Assembly: GCA_005880075.1 (NCBI GenBank)
Contig: VBJT01000040.1
Coordinates: 1 to 47,168 of the forward strand
Direction: 5' to 3'
DNA: 47,168 nucleotides
Source: Chloroflexota bacterium
GTDB taxonomy: Bacteria; Chloroflexota; Dehalococcoidia; SM23-28-2; RBG-16-64-32
Position 1 is the stretch's first letter. Each line of letters begins with the position of its first letter. Of the stretch, positions 15,880-25,197 are shown piece after piece. The notes under the pieces were generated by a model. That model was given only the letters and a program-made list of their open reading frames with translations, ran no database searches and was not told where the DNA came from. The translations under genes were made by a program, and so were the position numbers.

Positions 15880-16536
15880 ATGCCGCGTGATGCAGGTAAT
15901 CTTTGGCTAGCGAAGGCCCTCTGGGACCTCGGCGCCGTGCAGTTCGGTGATTACACGATAGGCAGAACAACACAACATTCGCCTGTCTACGTAAACCTCC
16001 GATTACTGATCAGCAACCCGCGTGCGCTGATGCGCGCAGCACGAGTCATGCACGAAGAAATCCAGACTAGGCAAGCCATGCTTCACAAGGGAGTCCATGA
16101 GTTTGACAGGTTGTGTGGGATCCCTTTCGGTGGTCTGCATCTCGCCACCGCCTTTGCCCTGCGCAGCCGTATTCCGATGGTGTACGTGCATCCGGCCAAG
16201 GAACGTAACGGCAACCGCCTATGGGTGGAGGGTCGCTACGAACGCGGAGAGACCGTCCTGCTAGTTGACGACCTCGTAACCAGCGGTGGCGGGATTGTCG
16301 AAACGGGTGCTTTCCTGAAAGCAAACGCCGGTCTCGGCGTGCGGGATGTTCTCGTACTTTTGGACCGACAGGAGGGGGCGAGGGAGCAGCTCAAAGCCCA
16401 TGGCTACAATCTGATATCGATTCTTGGTCTTGAGACGATGCTCAACTACTTAATGGCGAGCGGCCTCATCGAAGAAGACAGCTACAACCGAAGCATCGAA
16501 TACATCCGCAGCAGGCGCGCCGAGCGCGGTGGCTGA
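15880..16536 (+). CDS. pyrE: orotate phosphoribosyltransferase
   Basis: GAVQFGDYTIGRTTQHSPVYVNLR and the PRPP-binding motif VLLVDDLVTSGGG. Confidence 0.75.
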   Translation: MPRDAGNLWLAKALWDLGAVQFGDYTIGRTTQHSPVYVNLRLLISNPRALMRAARVMHEEIQTRQAMLHKGVHEFDRLCGIPFGGLHLATAFALRSRIPMVYVHPAKERNGNRLWVEGRYERGETVLLVDDLVTSGGGIVETGAFLKANAGLGVRDVLVLLDRQEGAREQLKAHGYNLISILGLETMLNYLMASGLIEEDSYNRSIEYIRSRRAERGG

Positions 16537-16549
16537 CTCTTTCGCAAAC

Positions 16550-16574
16550 GCGTCCACGCCCTTCGGGTGGACGC
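16550..16574 (+). terminator. hairpin downstream of pyrE
   Basis: gcgtccac-gcccttcgg-gtggacgc (8-bp stem). No clear U-tract follows. Confidence 0.4.
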
Positions 16575-16670
16575 CGTGAAGTCCAGCAGCGAGTCGGATC
16601 GCCGTGGAATAGCTTGTCGGATTATCTCGCCAACGTTTGATACGCTTTGAACGTCCTTATTCGCAGCGAC

Positions 16671-17477
16671 ATGTCTATCACTCAAAGGGCGATTCTGGCA
16701 GACGCGAGGGTGCGAGCGATGTCACTCATTGCGCTGGCGGCGCTTGCGGCTACCATTCTGAGCGGGTGCGGCGGCGGAGGTGGCGGGGGCGAAGCACAAG
16801 CCGCCGCTTCCTGCGACAGCATTCGGCAGATCCAGAGCTATCGCTACACGATTAACCTGAAGCTTCAGTCCCCGGCATTCAAGATGACGAATTCCACCGC
16901 GACCCCGGCGCCCCCTCTTGGCGTCTTTGCCGACCCCCTCGAAGCGCTCTTCTCTGACCTGAAGTTGGAAGGCGCTTATCGCGCTCCGGACAGGACCCAG
17001 GCGGTCCTGAGGTTCAAAGGGGAGCTCCTTGAACTCCGTGAAATCGGTGGCAGGAGTTGGATTGCCGTCGGTAACTCTTGGCGCGAGCAGGAACCGGGAA
17101 ATAAAGAAACGGCACTAACCCCTGGCGTCGTATGCAAGGATATCGTTGACGAAATAACGCCATCGCTGGCGGACGCTGACGCGAATAGGGAGACAGTCAA
17201 CGGCGTCGATGCCGACCATTACAAGCTCAACGAGGCCGACCTGAAACGGCTACCGGAGCTGCTCGGAACGAGCGGCGAGGCCGGCCTGCCCGAGGACTAT
17301 CAAATCGACGTCTGGCTCGCACGCGAAGGGCGCTTTCCTGTACGCCTTCAGCTCGCCGCTGAAGACAAGGATGGACAGGGTAATCCGATCAGCCTCAATT
17401 TGTTCATGGAGTTCCGTGACCTCAACGACCAAGGAATACAGATCGAGCCGCCCGTCTTACCCTCCCCGGGAACCTGA
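16671..17477 (+). CDS. secreted lipoprotein, function unknown
   Basis: The signal peptide ends in the lipobox LSGC, followed by a Gly run. I assign no enzymatic motif; the body may be a LolA/LppX-like fold, but that is a guess. Confidence 0.55.
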   Translation: MSITQRAILADARVRAMSLIALAALAATILSGCGGGGGGGEAQAAASCDSIRQIQSYRYTINLKLQSPAFKMTNSTATPAPPLGVFADPLEALFSDLKLEGAYRAPDRTQAVLRFKGELLELREIGGRSWIAVGNSWREQEPGNKETALTPGVVCKDIVDEITPSLADADANRETVNGVDADHYKLNEADLKRLPELLGTSGEAGLPEDYQIDVWLAREGRFPVRLQLAAEDKDGQGNPISLNLFMEFRDLNDQGIQIEPPVLPSPGT

Positions 17478-17485
17478 CCCAAGCT

Positions 17486-17701
17486 TTAGAGCAGCCTGCG
17501 GATCGCTTTGCGACCCGGGCGAGGATCGTAACTAGACTTGAACTGGTCGAGCTGAAACCTCTCGATCAAGTACTTTCCCGCGAACAGCACGGCTGGAACC
17601 TTCTTCTGCTTAATCAGACGGCGGAGGCTTTGTGGATGAATATTAAGAAGGCGTGCGGCTTCCACGAGGTCTAAATAGTTGTCGAACGGCTCTACTGCCA
17701 C
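17486..17701 (-). CDS. helix-turn-helix (excisionase/MerR-like) DNA-binding protein
   Basis: 71 aa. LVEAARLLNIHPQSLRRLIKQKKVPAVLFAGKYLI matches the excisionase-family HTH pattern. Confidence 0.65.
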   Translation of the reverse strand: MAVEPFDNYLDLVEAARLLNIHPQSLRRLIKQKKVPAVLFAGKYLIERFQLDQFKSSYDPRPGRKAIRRLL

Positions 17702-17835
17702 GGTGTCAACTCCGGCGAATTCGCTAAGACGCGTTTGCTATTGTAGCACACATGTCGATCCTTCAACGGCCGTGTTAAACGCAAGCCGGGAGCCAAAAGG
17801 TCGGTGTGCTAATCTACAGTCGCGTGTGCGCAATG

Positions 17836-19485
17836 AAAGAACTGACAAACCTACGGAACGCCGGCGAAGCTTCAACCGGCGAGCGAAAGGACGGCGAGAG
17901 GCCCGGCGGGTTCAGTACTGCGTCCGGGCGGCCCGTGCGGCATGTCTATGAGCCGGGCGACATTTCTGACTTCGACTACGAACGCGATCTAGCGACTCCC
18001 GGGCAGTATCCCTACACCCGAGCGGTTCATGCGACCGGGTACCGTGGGCGGTTGTGGACGACCCGCATGTTTGCCGGTTTCGGCAGCGTAGAAGAGACAA
18101 ACGCACGCTTCCGGTACCTGCTCTCGCAGGGAAACTCCGGTCTCTCGATAGCGTTTGACCTGCCGACGCTATACGGCTACGACACCGACGCTCCAGAGGC
18201 TTATGGAGAGTTTGGAAAGTGCGGGGTTGCGGTATCCTCCCTCACCGACATGGAGACCCTGCTCGAGGGTTTGCCGCTCGGCGAAATCACGACCTCGATG
18301 ACGATAAACTCGCCTGCCGCCATCATCTGGGCGATGTATATCGCGGCGGCGGAGAAGCGCGGTGTCTCTCGACGGATGCTCGCAGGCACGCTTCAAAACG
18401 ACATCCTCAAGGAGTTCATCGCGCAGAAGGAGTACATCTTTCCGCCCGAACCCTCAATGCGGCTGGTTGTCGATACGATAGAGTTCGGCACCCGCGAGAT
18501 GCCCCGCTGGAACACAATCAGCATTTCGGGATACCACATCCGTGAGGCCGGCTCGACAGCCGTCCAGGAGCTCGCGTTCACGCTTGCGGACGGGTTCGAA
18601 TACGTGCGCTGGTGCCAGGACCGGGGCCTGGACGTCGACGAGTTTGCGCCGCGCCTTTCCTTCTTCTTCAACTGCCACAACGACTTTTTCGAGGAGGTGG
18701 CGAAGTTCCGCGCCGCCCGCCGAATCTGGGCGCGCGAGATGAAGGAGCGCTTCGGCGCAAAGAGCGAACGCTCGCAGTGGATGCGCTTCCACACGCAGAC
18801 GGCGGGCGTTTCCCTGACCGCACAGCAGCCGGAGGTGAACCTCATCCGGACATCGATCCAGGCGCTGGCCGCGATTATGGGTGGCACCCAGTCCCTGCAC
18901 ACAAACTCAATGGACGAGGCGTTGGCGCTGCCGAGCGAGAAGGCCGCGCGGCTGGCCTTGCGGACGCAGCAGGTGATCGCCCACGAGTCCGGCGTGGCTA
19001 ACACGGTCGACCCGATGGGCGGAAGTTATTTTCTGGAAGCGCTGACCAAAGAAACGGAGGAGGAGGCCTACTCTTACTTCCATAAGATCGAGGATATCGG
19101 TGGCGTAATCGCGGCCATCGAAAGCGGCTATCTGCAGCGAGAAATTGCCGACGCAGCGTTTCGCTATCAGAGCGAGATCGATACGAAAGAGCGCGTGATC
19201 GTCGGCGTTAACGAGTACGTGATCGACGAGCCGATCGAGGTACCGATTCTCGAAATGGATCCGCAAGGCGAGGTTCGGCAAATCGCGAAGCTAAACAAGC
19301 TGCGCCGCGAACGCGACGGCCACGAAGCCAACAGCTGTCTGAAGCACCTCGAGTCAGCCTGCCGCAACGGCGAGAACGTAATGCCGTACTTACTCGATGC
19401 TGTCAATGCCTACTGCACGCTCGGCGAAATGTGCGACGTGATGCGCGACGTGTTCGGCGTTTACCGGGAAGATTCACTCGTGTAA
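17836..19485 (+). CDS. acyl-CoA mutase large (substrate-binding TIM-barrel) subunit, methylmalonyl-CoA mutase family
   Basis: [43 protein letters not shown] and [11 protein letters not shown]. The ORF ends without a C-terminal B12-binding domain. Confidence 0.85.
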   Translation, partial: KELTNLRNAGEASTGERKDGERPGGFSTASGRPVRHVYEPGDISDFDYERDLATPGQYPYTRAVHATGYRGRLWTTRMFAGFGSVEETNARFRYLLSQGNSGLSIAFDLPTLYGYDTDAPEAYGEFGKCGVAVSSLTDMETLLEGLPLGEITTSMTINSPAAIIWAMYIAAAEKRGVSRRMLAGTLQNDILKEFIAQKEYIFPPEPSMRLVVDTIEFGTREMPRWNTISISGYHIREAGSTAVQELAFTLADGFEYVRWCQDRGLDVDEFAPRLSFFFNCHNDFFEEVAKFRAARRIWAREMKERFGAKSERSQWMRFHTQTAGVSLTAQQPEVNLIRTSIQALAAIMGGTQSLHTNSMDEALALPSEKAARLALRTQQVIAHESGVANTVDPMGGSYFLEALTKETEEEAYSYFHKIEDIGGVIAAIESGYLQREIADAAFRYQSEIDTKERVIVGVNEYVIDEPIEVPILEMDPQGEVRQIAKLNKLRRERDGHEANSCLKHLESACRNGENVMPYLLDAVNAYCTLGEMCDVMRDVFGVYREDSLV

Positions 19486-19525
19486 TCAGCGGGTTACAAA
19501 ACGGGCGCTTGCGCAGACTGTTCTA

Positions 19526-19554
19526 TTGTTTGGCGCTTGACTTAGTCCTATAAT
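19526..19554 (+). promoter_or_regulatory. promoter candidate
   Basis: TTGTTT (19526-19531), 17-nt spacer, TATAAT (19549-19554). It would give a leader of about 65 nt to the small ORF, or about 160 nt to ATG 19718. Confidence 0.4.
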
Positions 19555-19625
19555 TAAGCGAAACTGCCTCGCCGCCCTGCGAACTGAGGCGTTCTTAACC
19601 AAACCGCATCTGGAGGAGGAGCCCC

Positions 19626-19724
19626 TTGACTTCGATGCTCTACGCAGGCGTCCCATTCGCTGCCAGTCTGCTCCGACGGCTGAAAGCGCGACGAAATGAG
19701 CAAGGAGGTGGGACGCGATGGTAG
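19626..19724 (+). CDS. candidate 32-codon small ORF
   Basis: ggaggagga at 19612-19620, then TTG 19626 (in-frame ATG at 19635). It reads (M)TSMLYAGVPFAASLLRRLKARRNEQGGGTRW. Its TAG (19722-19724) overlaps ATG 19718 of the next ORF. There is no homology evidence. Confidence 0.2.
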   Translation: MTSMLYAGVPFAASLLRRLKARRNEQGGGTRW

Positions 19725-19933
19725 AGCAGACGACCGACCTCCGCATCGAAATGACGGCCGCCCCGACCCTCACCTGCGCCCATCACTGGCAGATTGAGAC
19801 TCCGAACGGCGAAACCAGCGAAGCCTGCTGTAAGCTCTGCGGCGCCACGCGAAGTTTCGCAAACTATAGCCACCGGCGGCCCATGACCCGCACGATCCGC
19901 ACCCCGTCCTCCGGGCCGACCGCCCGGTTCTAA
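19718..19933 (+). CDS. small Cys/His-rich (zinc-ribbon-like) protein
   Basis: 71 aa. aaggaggtg lies 7 nt upstream of the ATG. CAHHW..(13 aa)..CCKLCG is a possible 4-ligand metal site. Confidence 0.45.
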   Translation: MVEQTTDLRIEMTAAPTLTCAHHWQIETPNGETSEACCKLCGATRSFANYSHRRPMTRTIRTPSSGPTARF

Positions 19934-19968
19934 ATCGGATCACGTGAGACAAGATCGCCTGTTGGCGC

Positions 19969-20661
19969 ATGTCCGTAGCTGAAGTTATCGATAACGCCCG
20001 CAGCGAGGGCCGGACACTTCTCACGGAGGTCGAGTCCAAGCAGGTGCTCCACGGCGCGGGCATCCCCGTCGCCCTTGCCATCCTGGCCCGTGATGCGCAG
20101 AGAGCCGCGAAGGCTGCAGAGGAGGCGGGCTTCCCCGCCGTTCTGAAGGTGGTCTCGCCCGATGTCGCGCATAAGTCCGATGTCGGCGGCGTGCGGCTCG
20201 GACTCCAGTCCAAGGAGGAGGTCGAGCAAGCATTTGCCGAGATAATGGTGGCGGTCAAGGCTGCCCAGCCGGACGCCCGAATCGAAGGCGTCGCCGTTCA
20301 AAAGATGGCGCCCGCCGGCACCGAGGTCATAATCGGTATGAGCAAGGACCCGCAGTTCGGCCCGGTGATGATGTTTGGCCTCGGTGGCGTGTTCGTAGAG
20401 GTCCTAAAGGATGTGGCGTTTCGAATCGTGCCACTGGAGCCGAAAGATGCCCGCGAAATGGTGCGCGAGATCAAAGGCTTCGCCATTCTCGATGGCGTGC
20501 GCGGACAGAAGCCCGCCGACCTCGTGGCTCTCGAAACTCTCATTCTTCAGGTCTCGAAGTTCATCGAGGCTCACCCGGAAGTCGGGGAACTGGATCTTAA
20601 TCCCGTCCTCGCCTACCTGGACGGCGCCATTGCCGTGGACGCTCGCATAGTAGTGAGCTAA
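19969..20661 (+). CDS. ADP-forming acyl-CoA synthetase, ATP-grasp (beta) subunit
   Basis: LTEVESKQVLHGAGIPV...FPAVLKVVSPDVAHKSDVGGVRLGL...GVAVQKM fits the family. Confidence 0.8.
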   Translation: MSVAEVIDNARSEGRTLLTEVESKQVLHGAGIPVALAILARDAQRAAKAAEEAGFPAVLKVVSPDVAHKSDVGGVRLGLQSKEEVEQAFAEIMVAVKAAQPDARIEGVAVQKMAPAGTEVIIGMSKDPQFGPVMMFGLGGVFVEVLKDVAFRIVPLEPKDAREMVREIKGFAILDGVRGQKPADLVALETLILQVSKFIEAHPEVGELDLNPVLAYLDGAIAVDARIVVS

Positions 20662-20676
20662 CGAGACGTCTTGCCT

Positions 20677-20706
20677 CCGCTCATCTTTCGAGAGCCTCAG
20701 GAAGCG
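20677..20706 (-). repeat. REP-like palindromic element, copy 3 (reverse orientation, 5' arm degenerate)
   Basis: The minus strand reads cgcttcctgaggctctcgaaagatgagcgg. The loop and 3' arm nearly match copy 1. It starts 16 nt after the stop of the preceding gene. Confidence 0.7.
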
Positions 20707-20747
20707 CTGCAACGAACGCCGATGACATCCTTCACGCGGGCGCTTAA

Positions 20748-22202
20748 GTGACCCAGCTGTCCGAAGCCGGCGCCGATCTCCAGAAGCGCCTCGACCGCGC
20801 CTTTAACCCCCGGACGGTCGCCGTCGTTGGTGACAAGCGTGCGATGGGGTATCTCTGGCTCAACTGCATGAAGACGTTCGACGGAAAGCTCCATTCCGTC
20901 CAGGTCGACCCGAACGAGGTCCCGGGCATCGAAGCGATGGGCGTGCCGAACTACAAGAGCCTGCTTGAGGTCCCCGACGAAATCGATTACGTGGTCTGCG
21001 CGGTGCCTCGCCCAATCGCGCCCCGTATCATCGCCGATTGCGTCGAGAAGAAGGTCGGCGCAGTCGCGCTCTTCACGTCGGGTTTCGCGGAAACGGAGAC
21101 TGAGGACGGTATCGCGGTGCAGGAACAGATCACGCAAACGGCGCGGGAGGCCGGCCTGCTCCTGATCGGCCCCAACTGTATGGGCATCTACAACCGGCGG
21201 CTCGGAGTCCGGCACAGCACCGACCAGCCGGCCGGCGACCGCGGGAACGTGGGGTTCATCTCGCAGAGCGGTACCCACTGCATCAATTTCTCGCTTGTTG
21301 GGGCGTTGCGTGGCGTTAAGTGCTCGAAGACCGTGAGCTTCGGCAACGCCGTAATCCTCGACGCGCCGGACTATATCGAGTACCTTGCGAACGACCCCGA
21401 GACCGAGGTTATCGCCATGTACGTCGAAGGCACAAAGGACGGCCACCGCTTCTTCGATGCTCTGCGCCGGACGGCGCGCCGGAAGCCCGTTGTCGTCTGG
21501 AAGGGCGGGGTCACTGCCGCGGGTTCACGCGCCGTCTACTCGCATACAGCCTCGCTCGCAACCGCCCCCGCCATCTGGGACGCGGCCATGCGACAGGCCG
21601 GCGTGGTGCAAACTGAGAGCCTCGACGAGACGATCGACGCGGTCAACGCGCTTGTCCATTGCAAGCCGGGTACTGGTGCGAGGATGGGCCTGATCGCAAT
21701 GACTGGGGGCCAGTCGGTGGTGATCACCGATGCTTTCGAGCGGGCAGGCCTCGAGGTGCCGCTCCTAACCGCTGCCTCGTATGAGAAGCTCTCAGCGTTC
21801 TTTAACATCATCGGTGGCAGCTACCGAAATCCGCTCGATGCAGGCGGGACGATCGGCATGGGGTTCGCGCCGGGCAATCTTCAAAAGCTGCTGGAAATTC
21901 TCGAAGAGGACGAGAACGTTGATGCGATTGCGATGGAAGTGGGCGCGAGCTTCATCGCGCGACGTCTGCGCGAGAACCCGGCCATGCTCGACCAGATGGT
22001 CGAGACGCTGGCGTCGCATGAGGAGCGCTCCGGTAAGCCGTTCCTCGCCATCGCTCACCCGGGGCACGTTGAGGATGTCATGGCGGACATCCGCGCCCGC
22101 CTCATCGCCCGCGGAATCGCCGTATTTGGGAGCTTCCAAGCCGGGGCGCTGGCGCTGCGGAGAGTGATCGAGTACTGGCGAGGGGCGACAGCGCGCAATT
22201 AG
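20748..22202 (+). CDS. ADP-forming acyl-CoA synthetase, CoA-binding/ligase (alpha) subunit
   Basis: FNPRTVAVVGDK (CoA-binding Rossmann), GPNCMGIYN, GFISQSGT and KPVVVWKGG. GTG start. Confidence 0.8.
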   Translation: MTQLSEAGADLQKRLDRAFNPRTVAVVGDKRAMGYLWLNCMKTFDGKLHSVQVDPNEVPGIEAMGVPNYKSLLEVPDEIDYVVCAVPRPIAPRIIADCVEKKVGAVALFTSGFAETETEDGIAVQEQITQTAREAGLLLIGPNCMGIYNRRLGVRHSTDQPAGDRGNVGFISQSGTHCINFSLVGALRGVKCSKTVSFGNAVILDAPDYIEYLANDPETEVIAMYVEGTKDGHRFFDALRRTARRKPVVVWKGGVTAAGSRAVYSHTASLATAPAIWDAAMRQAGVVQTESLDETIDAVNALVHCKPGTGARMGLIAMTGGQSVVITDAFERAGLEVPLLTAASYEKLSAFFNIIGGSYRNPLDAGGTIGMGFAPGNLQKLLEILEEDENVDAIAMEVGASFIARRLRENPAMLDQMVETLASHEERSGKPFLAIAHPGHVEDVMADIRARLIARGIAVFGSFQAGALALRRVIEYWRGATARN

Positions 22203-22239
22203 ACCCCTTGTTGCGCGTTCCTCCTCACGCACGCTCGCG

Positions 22240-22675
22240 ATGACACTCTCGCAAGCCATGAGAGACCCGAGAAGGATTGTGCGCGAGCACATGCAGACGG
22301 AGAACGCCCTCGAAGTGGACCGAGCGCTCGGACTTCGCGCACCCGCGCTACGAGATCATCGGCACGGGCGACGTGTACGACGGGCGGGACGAGGTCGAAC
22401 GCTACTACCGCGAGTCGCGGGTAGCTTTCCCTGACCAGCGTAACGAACTGATCTCACTGCGGCATGCTGGAGATGCGGTCATCGTCGAGTTCTGGCTCCT
22501 AGGCACGCATCGGGCCGGCTAGGTCGTTTGGATCCGACCGGTCGCAAATTCGGGTGCCGCATGACGGCGTTTTCATCCTCGAGGGCGCCGGCTCATTTGC
22601 GAGCGTGTCTACTTCGATTCGGCTACAATACTTCGGCAGCTTACTGCGGGATCCGAGGGGGCGAGCCGGATATAG
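22240..22675 (+). pseudogene. SnoaL-like/ester-cyclase (NTF2-fold) gene broken by at least three frame changes
   Basis: Frame A reads MTLSQAMRDPRRIVREHMQTENALEVDRAL. The next frame reads FAHPRYEIIGTGDVYDGRDEVERYYRESRVAFPDQRNELISLRHAGDAVIVEFWLLGTHRAG, ending TAG 22520-22522. LDPTGRKFGCRMTAF follows from 22528. A third frame reads LICERVYFDSATILRQL, ending TAG 22673-22675. Confidence 0.65.
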
Positions 22676-22699
22676 CATTCTTTCAGACAGGAGGTTGGG

Positions 22700-23859
22700 A
22701 TGACAGATCAGGTGAAGTTGCTAGTCGGAACGAAGAAGGCCGGCTTCGTCTACTCTTCAGACGCAAAGCGGCAGAACTGGGAGATCTCCGAGCCGATACT
22801 GCCGGGGTGGTCGTTCTTCCATATGTCAGCGGACACTCGGGATTCGAAGCCCAGGATGTATGCGGCGGCCAACCACTGGGCGTGGGGGCCTTCCGTCGCC
22901 AAGAGCGAGGACCTTGGGAAGACCTGGGACTACAACAGCACGGGCCTCGCCTTCCCGCCCGAAATGAAAGAGTACAAGGAGAACCGCACCGCCCCTCCCG
23001 GCGTGCCGGGGGACTGGGACAACACGCCGGCGGGAGTGATCGGCAACATTTGGAACGTGCAGGCAGGCCACGAGAGCGAACCGGGTGTGGTTTTCGCCGG
23101 GGTGCAGCCGGCCGGTCTGTTCCGCAGCGAGGACTGGGGAAAGTCGTGGCGCCCGGTCGAGGGGATCAACCGGCATCCCAGCCGGCAGTATTGGAGCGGT
23201 ACTGGCGGCGGCGACTCGTGCATCCACTCCATACACGTGCATCCGGACGGGGCAAAGGCAAGACCTGGGACCTTTTCTCGCAGAACGCGATCGTGACGAA
23301 CCCGACCGGGAGAAAGCTGTTGACGGAGCTGGTGCAGGAGATGCCGGAGGCGTTGCCCGCCGGGAAGGACCCCGCCGCTATCGATGAGCTGCACCGCATG
23401 CGGCTCGACCCCAAAAACCCCGACCGGATCTGGGGACAGGCGCACTTCGGTGTGTTTCGTTCTGAGGACGCCGGCGACACTTGGGAAGACGTGACGGTCG
23501 GGCTGCCGTCATTCCACGGGTTCCCGATCGCGGTGACACACCACGCGCCCGACGGCGTGTTTGTCGTGCCGCTCGACTACGGGCAGGACAACTTCCGCGT
23601 CGCTCTCGGTCAGTTCGCCGTCTATCGCACGCCGGACGGCGGTAAGAGCTGGCAGGCGCTCACGAAAGGGCTTCCCGGCCCGCACGACTACCAGAGCGTG
23701 TACCGAGAAGGGCTCGACACTGACGGGCTCGATTCGGAAGGCGTCTACGTCGGGACAAGCAACGGCGAGGTGTACGCCAGCGCGGACGGCGGCGAGAGCT
23801 GGCGGCGGCTGCCGGGAACGCTCCCGCCGGTGCTTTCGGTTACGGCGGCGGTATTCTAG
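22700..23859 (+). pseudogene. BNR/Asp-box repeat beta-propeller (sialidase/glycosyl-hydrolase-like) gene with a frame break near 23250
   Basis: From ATG 22700: MTDQVKLLVGTKKAGFVYSSD...SEDLGKTW...SEDWGKSW...CIHSIHVHPDG. The rest lies in another frame: GKGKTWDLF...FRSEDAGDTWEDV...TPDGGKSWQAL...SADGGESWRRL. The S-x-D-x-G-x-(T/S)-W Asp boxes recur. Confidence 0.7.
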
Positions 23860-23865
23860 GCGCAT

Positions 23866-25059
23866 TTGAACACGCGAATCTACCTCGACCACGCGGCGAC
23901 GACTCGCCTTCATTCGAAGGCGCTGGAGGCGATGCGGCCGTACTTGGAGGACGAGTTCGGGAACCCCTCAGGGATGTACGACCTTGGCAAGGAGGCGGCG
24001 GGCGCGATCGAGAGGGCGAGGAGCTCGGTGGCTTCTGGCCTGGGCTGCCGGCCGCAGGAGGTCGTTTTCACGGGCCCGGGCACGGAGTCGATCAATGCCG
24101 CGATCAAGGGTGTAGCCTTCGCCAAGCAGTTGGCGGGGCTCGGGAACCATATCGTCACCTCTAGCATCGAGCACCATGCGGTCCTGCACTCTTGCGATTA
24201 CCTCGCGAAGTTTGGATTCGAGACGACCTTCGTCCCCGTCGATGCCTTCGGGACCGTCGATCCCGATGAGGTCGCGCACGCCATCAACGAGCGGACTGTA
24301 CTCGTAAGCGTCATGCTGGCGAATAACGAAGTAGGTACTCTCGAGCCCCTCCCGGAGATCGCTGAGGTTGTGCAGCGCCGCGCGAAGTCGCTGCGCCGGC
24401 GGATTTCGCTCCACACGGACGCGGTCCAGGGTGCCAATGCGCTCGACCTCGACGTGAAGCGACTGGGCGTGGACCTGCTCAGTCTTTCGGCGCATAAGTT
24501 TGGCGGCCCAAAAGGAGCGGGTGTACTGTACATGAGGCGCGGCACGCCGTTCCTCGAGCAGCTGAGCGGCGGGGGTCAAGAGCGGCAGCGGCGCGCCGGG
24601 ACCGAAAACGTGGCCGGCATCGTGGGGACCGCCGCCGCTTTAACCGAAGCGCAGGCTAATCGAGAGCAATATTCGAAGCTCTGCGGTCAGTTATCGAGGC
24701 AGTTAATCGAGGGTATTCTCCAATCAGTTCCGGCGGCGAGGCTCTCCGGGCACTCCGAGCAGCGTCTTCCAAACAACGTTCACTTCAGCTTTGAGGGGAC
24801 GCAGTCAGATGCCATGCTTGAGGCGCTCGACGACTTAGGAATCGCTGCTAGCGCCGGAAGCGCCTGCACCTCGGCGACGTGGGAGCCATCTCACGTCCTG
24901 ACCGCGATGGGGATGCCGCTCGGCCGCGCCGCCGGCGTCCTCCGTCTCACCTGTGGCCCTGAAAACAGGGCTGAGGAAATCGACCGGGTGTTGTCCATCC
25001 TCCCCCGCGTCGTTAGCGAGTCGCGGGCGAAGGCGAGCTCTGGCTTGAGCGCGAAGTAA
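23866..25059 (+). CDS. cysteine desulfurase (class V aminotransferase, NifS/IscS family)
   Basis: YLDHAATT, the PLP-lysine motif SLSAHKFGGPKG and the active-site loop SAGSACTS. TTG start. Confidence 0.85.
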   Translation: MNTRIYLDHAATTRLHSKALEAMRPYLEDEFGNPSGMYDLGKEAAGAIERARSSVASGLGCRPQEVVFTGPGTESINAAIKGVAFAKQLAGLGNHIVTSSIEHHAVLHSCDYLAKFGFETTFVPVDAFGTVDPDEVAHAINERTVLVSVMLANNEVGTLEPLPEIAEVVQRRAKSLRRRISLHTDAVQGANALDLDVKRLGVDLLSLSAHKFGGPKGAGVLYMRRGTPFLEQLSGGGQERQRRAGTENVAGIVGTAAALTEAQANREQYSKLCGQLSRQLIEGILQSVPAARLSGHSEQRLPNNVHFSFEGTQSDAMLEALDDLGIAASAGSACTSATWEPSHVLTAMGMPLGRAAGVLRLTCGPENRAEEIDRVLSILPRVVSESRAKASSGLSAK

Positions 25060-25197
25060 GCGCCGCGAAACGTTCTCCTGTTCGGCCGGGGTTATATCCG
25101 AAACACCCGGCGGCGCTGGTTGAGGACCGGCGCCAACTGGTCACCGGGCGCCTGACTAGCCTTGACCCATCAGCCCTCATCCGTCACTCTTGCTGCA

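Noticed and set aside
17486-17701. The excisionase-type HTH gene as a marker of an integrated mobile element.
   Set aside because: No integrase, transposase, tRNA target or flanking direct repeats are visible nearby. The neighbours are ordinary metabolic genes.
22528-23859. The 443-aa ORF 22528-23859 as a single intact gene.
   Set aside because: Its first ~240 residues are RG-rich nonsense overlapping the clear BNR N-terminal frame (22700-23296) and the SnoaL remnant. Only its C-terminal part is genuine coding sequence.
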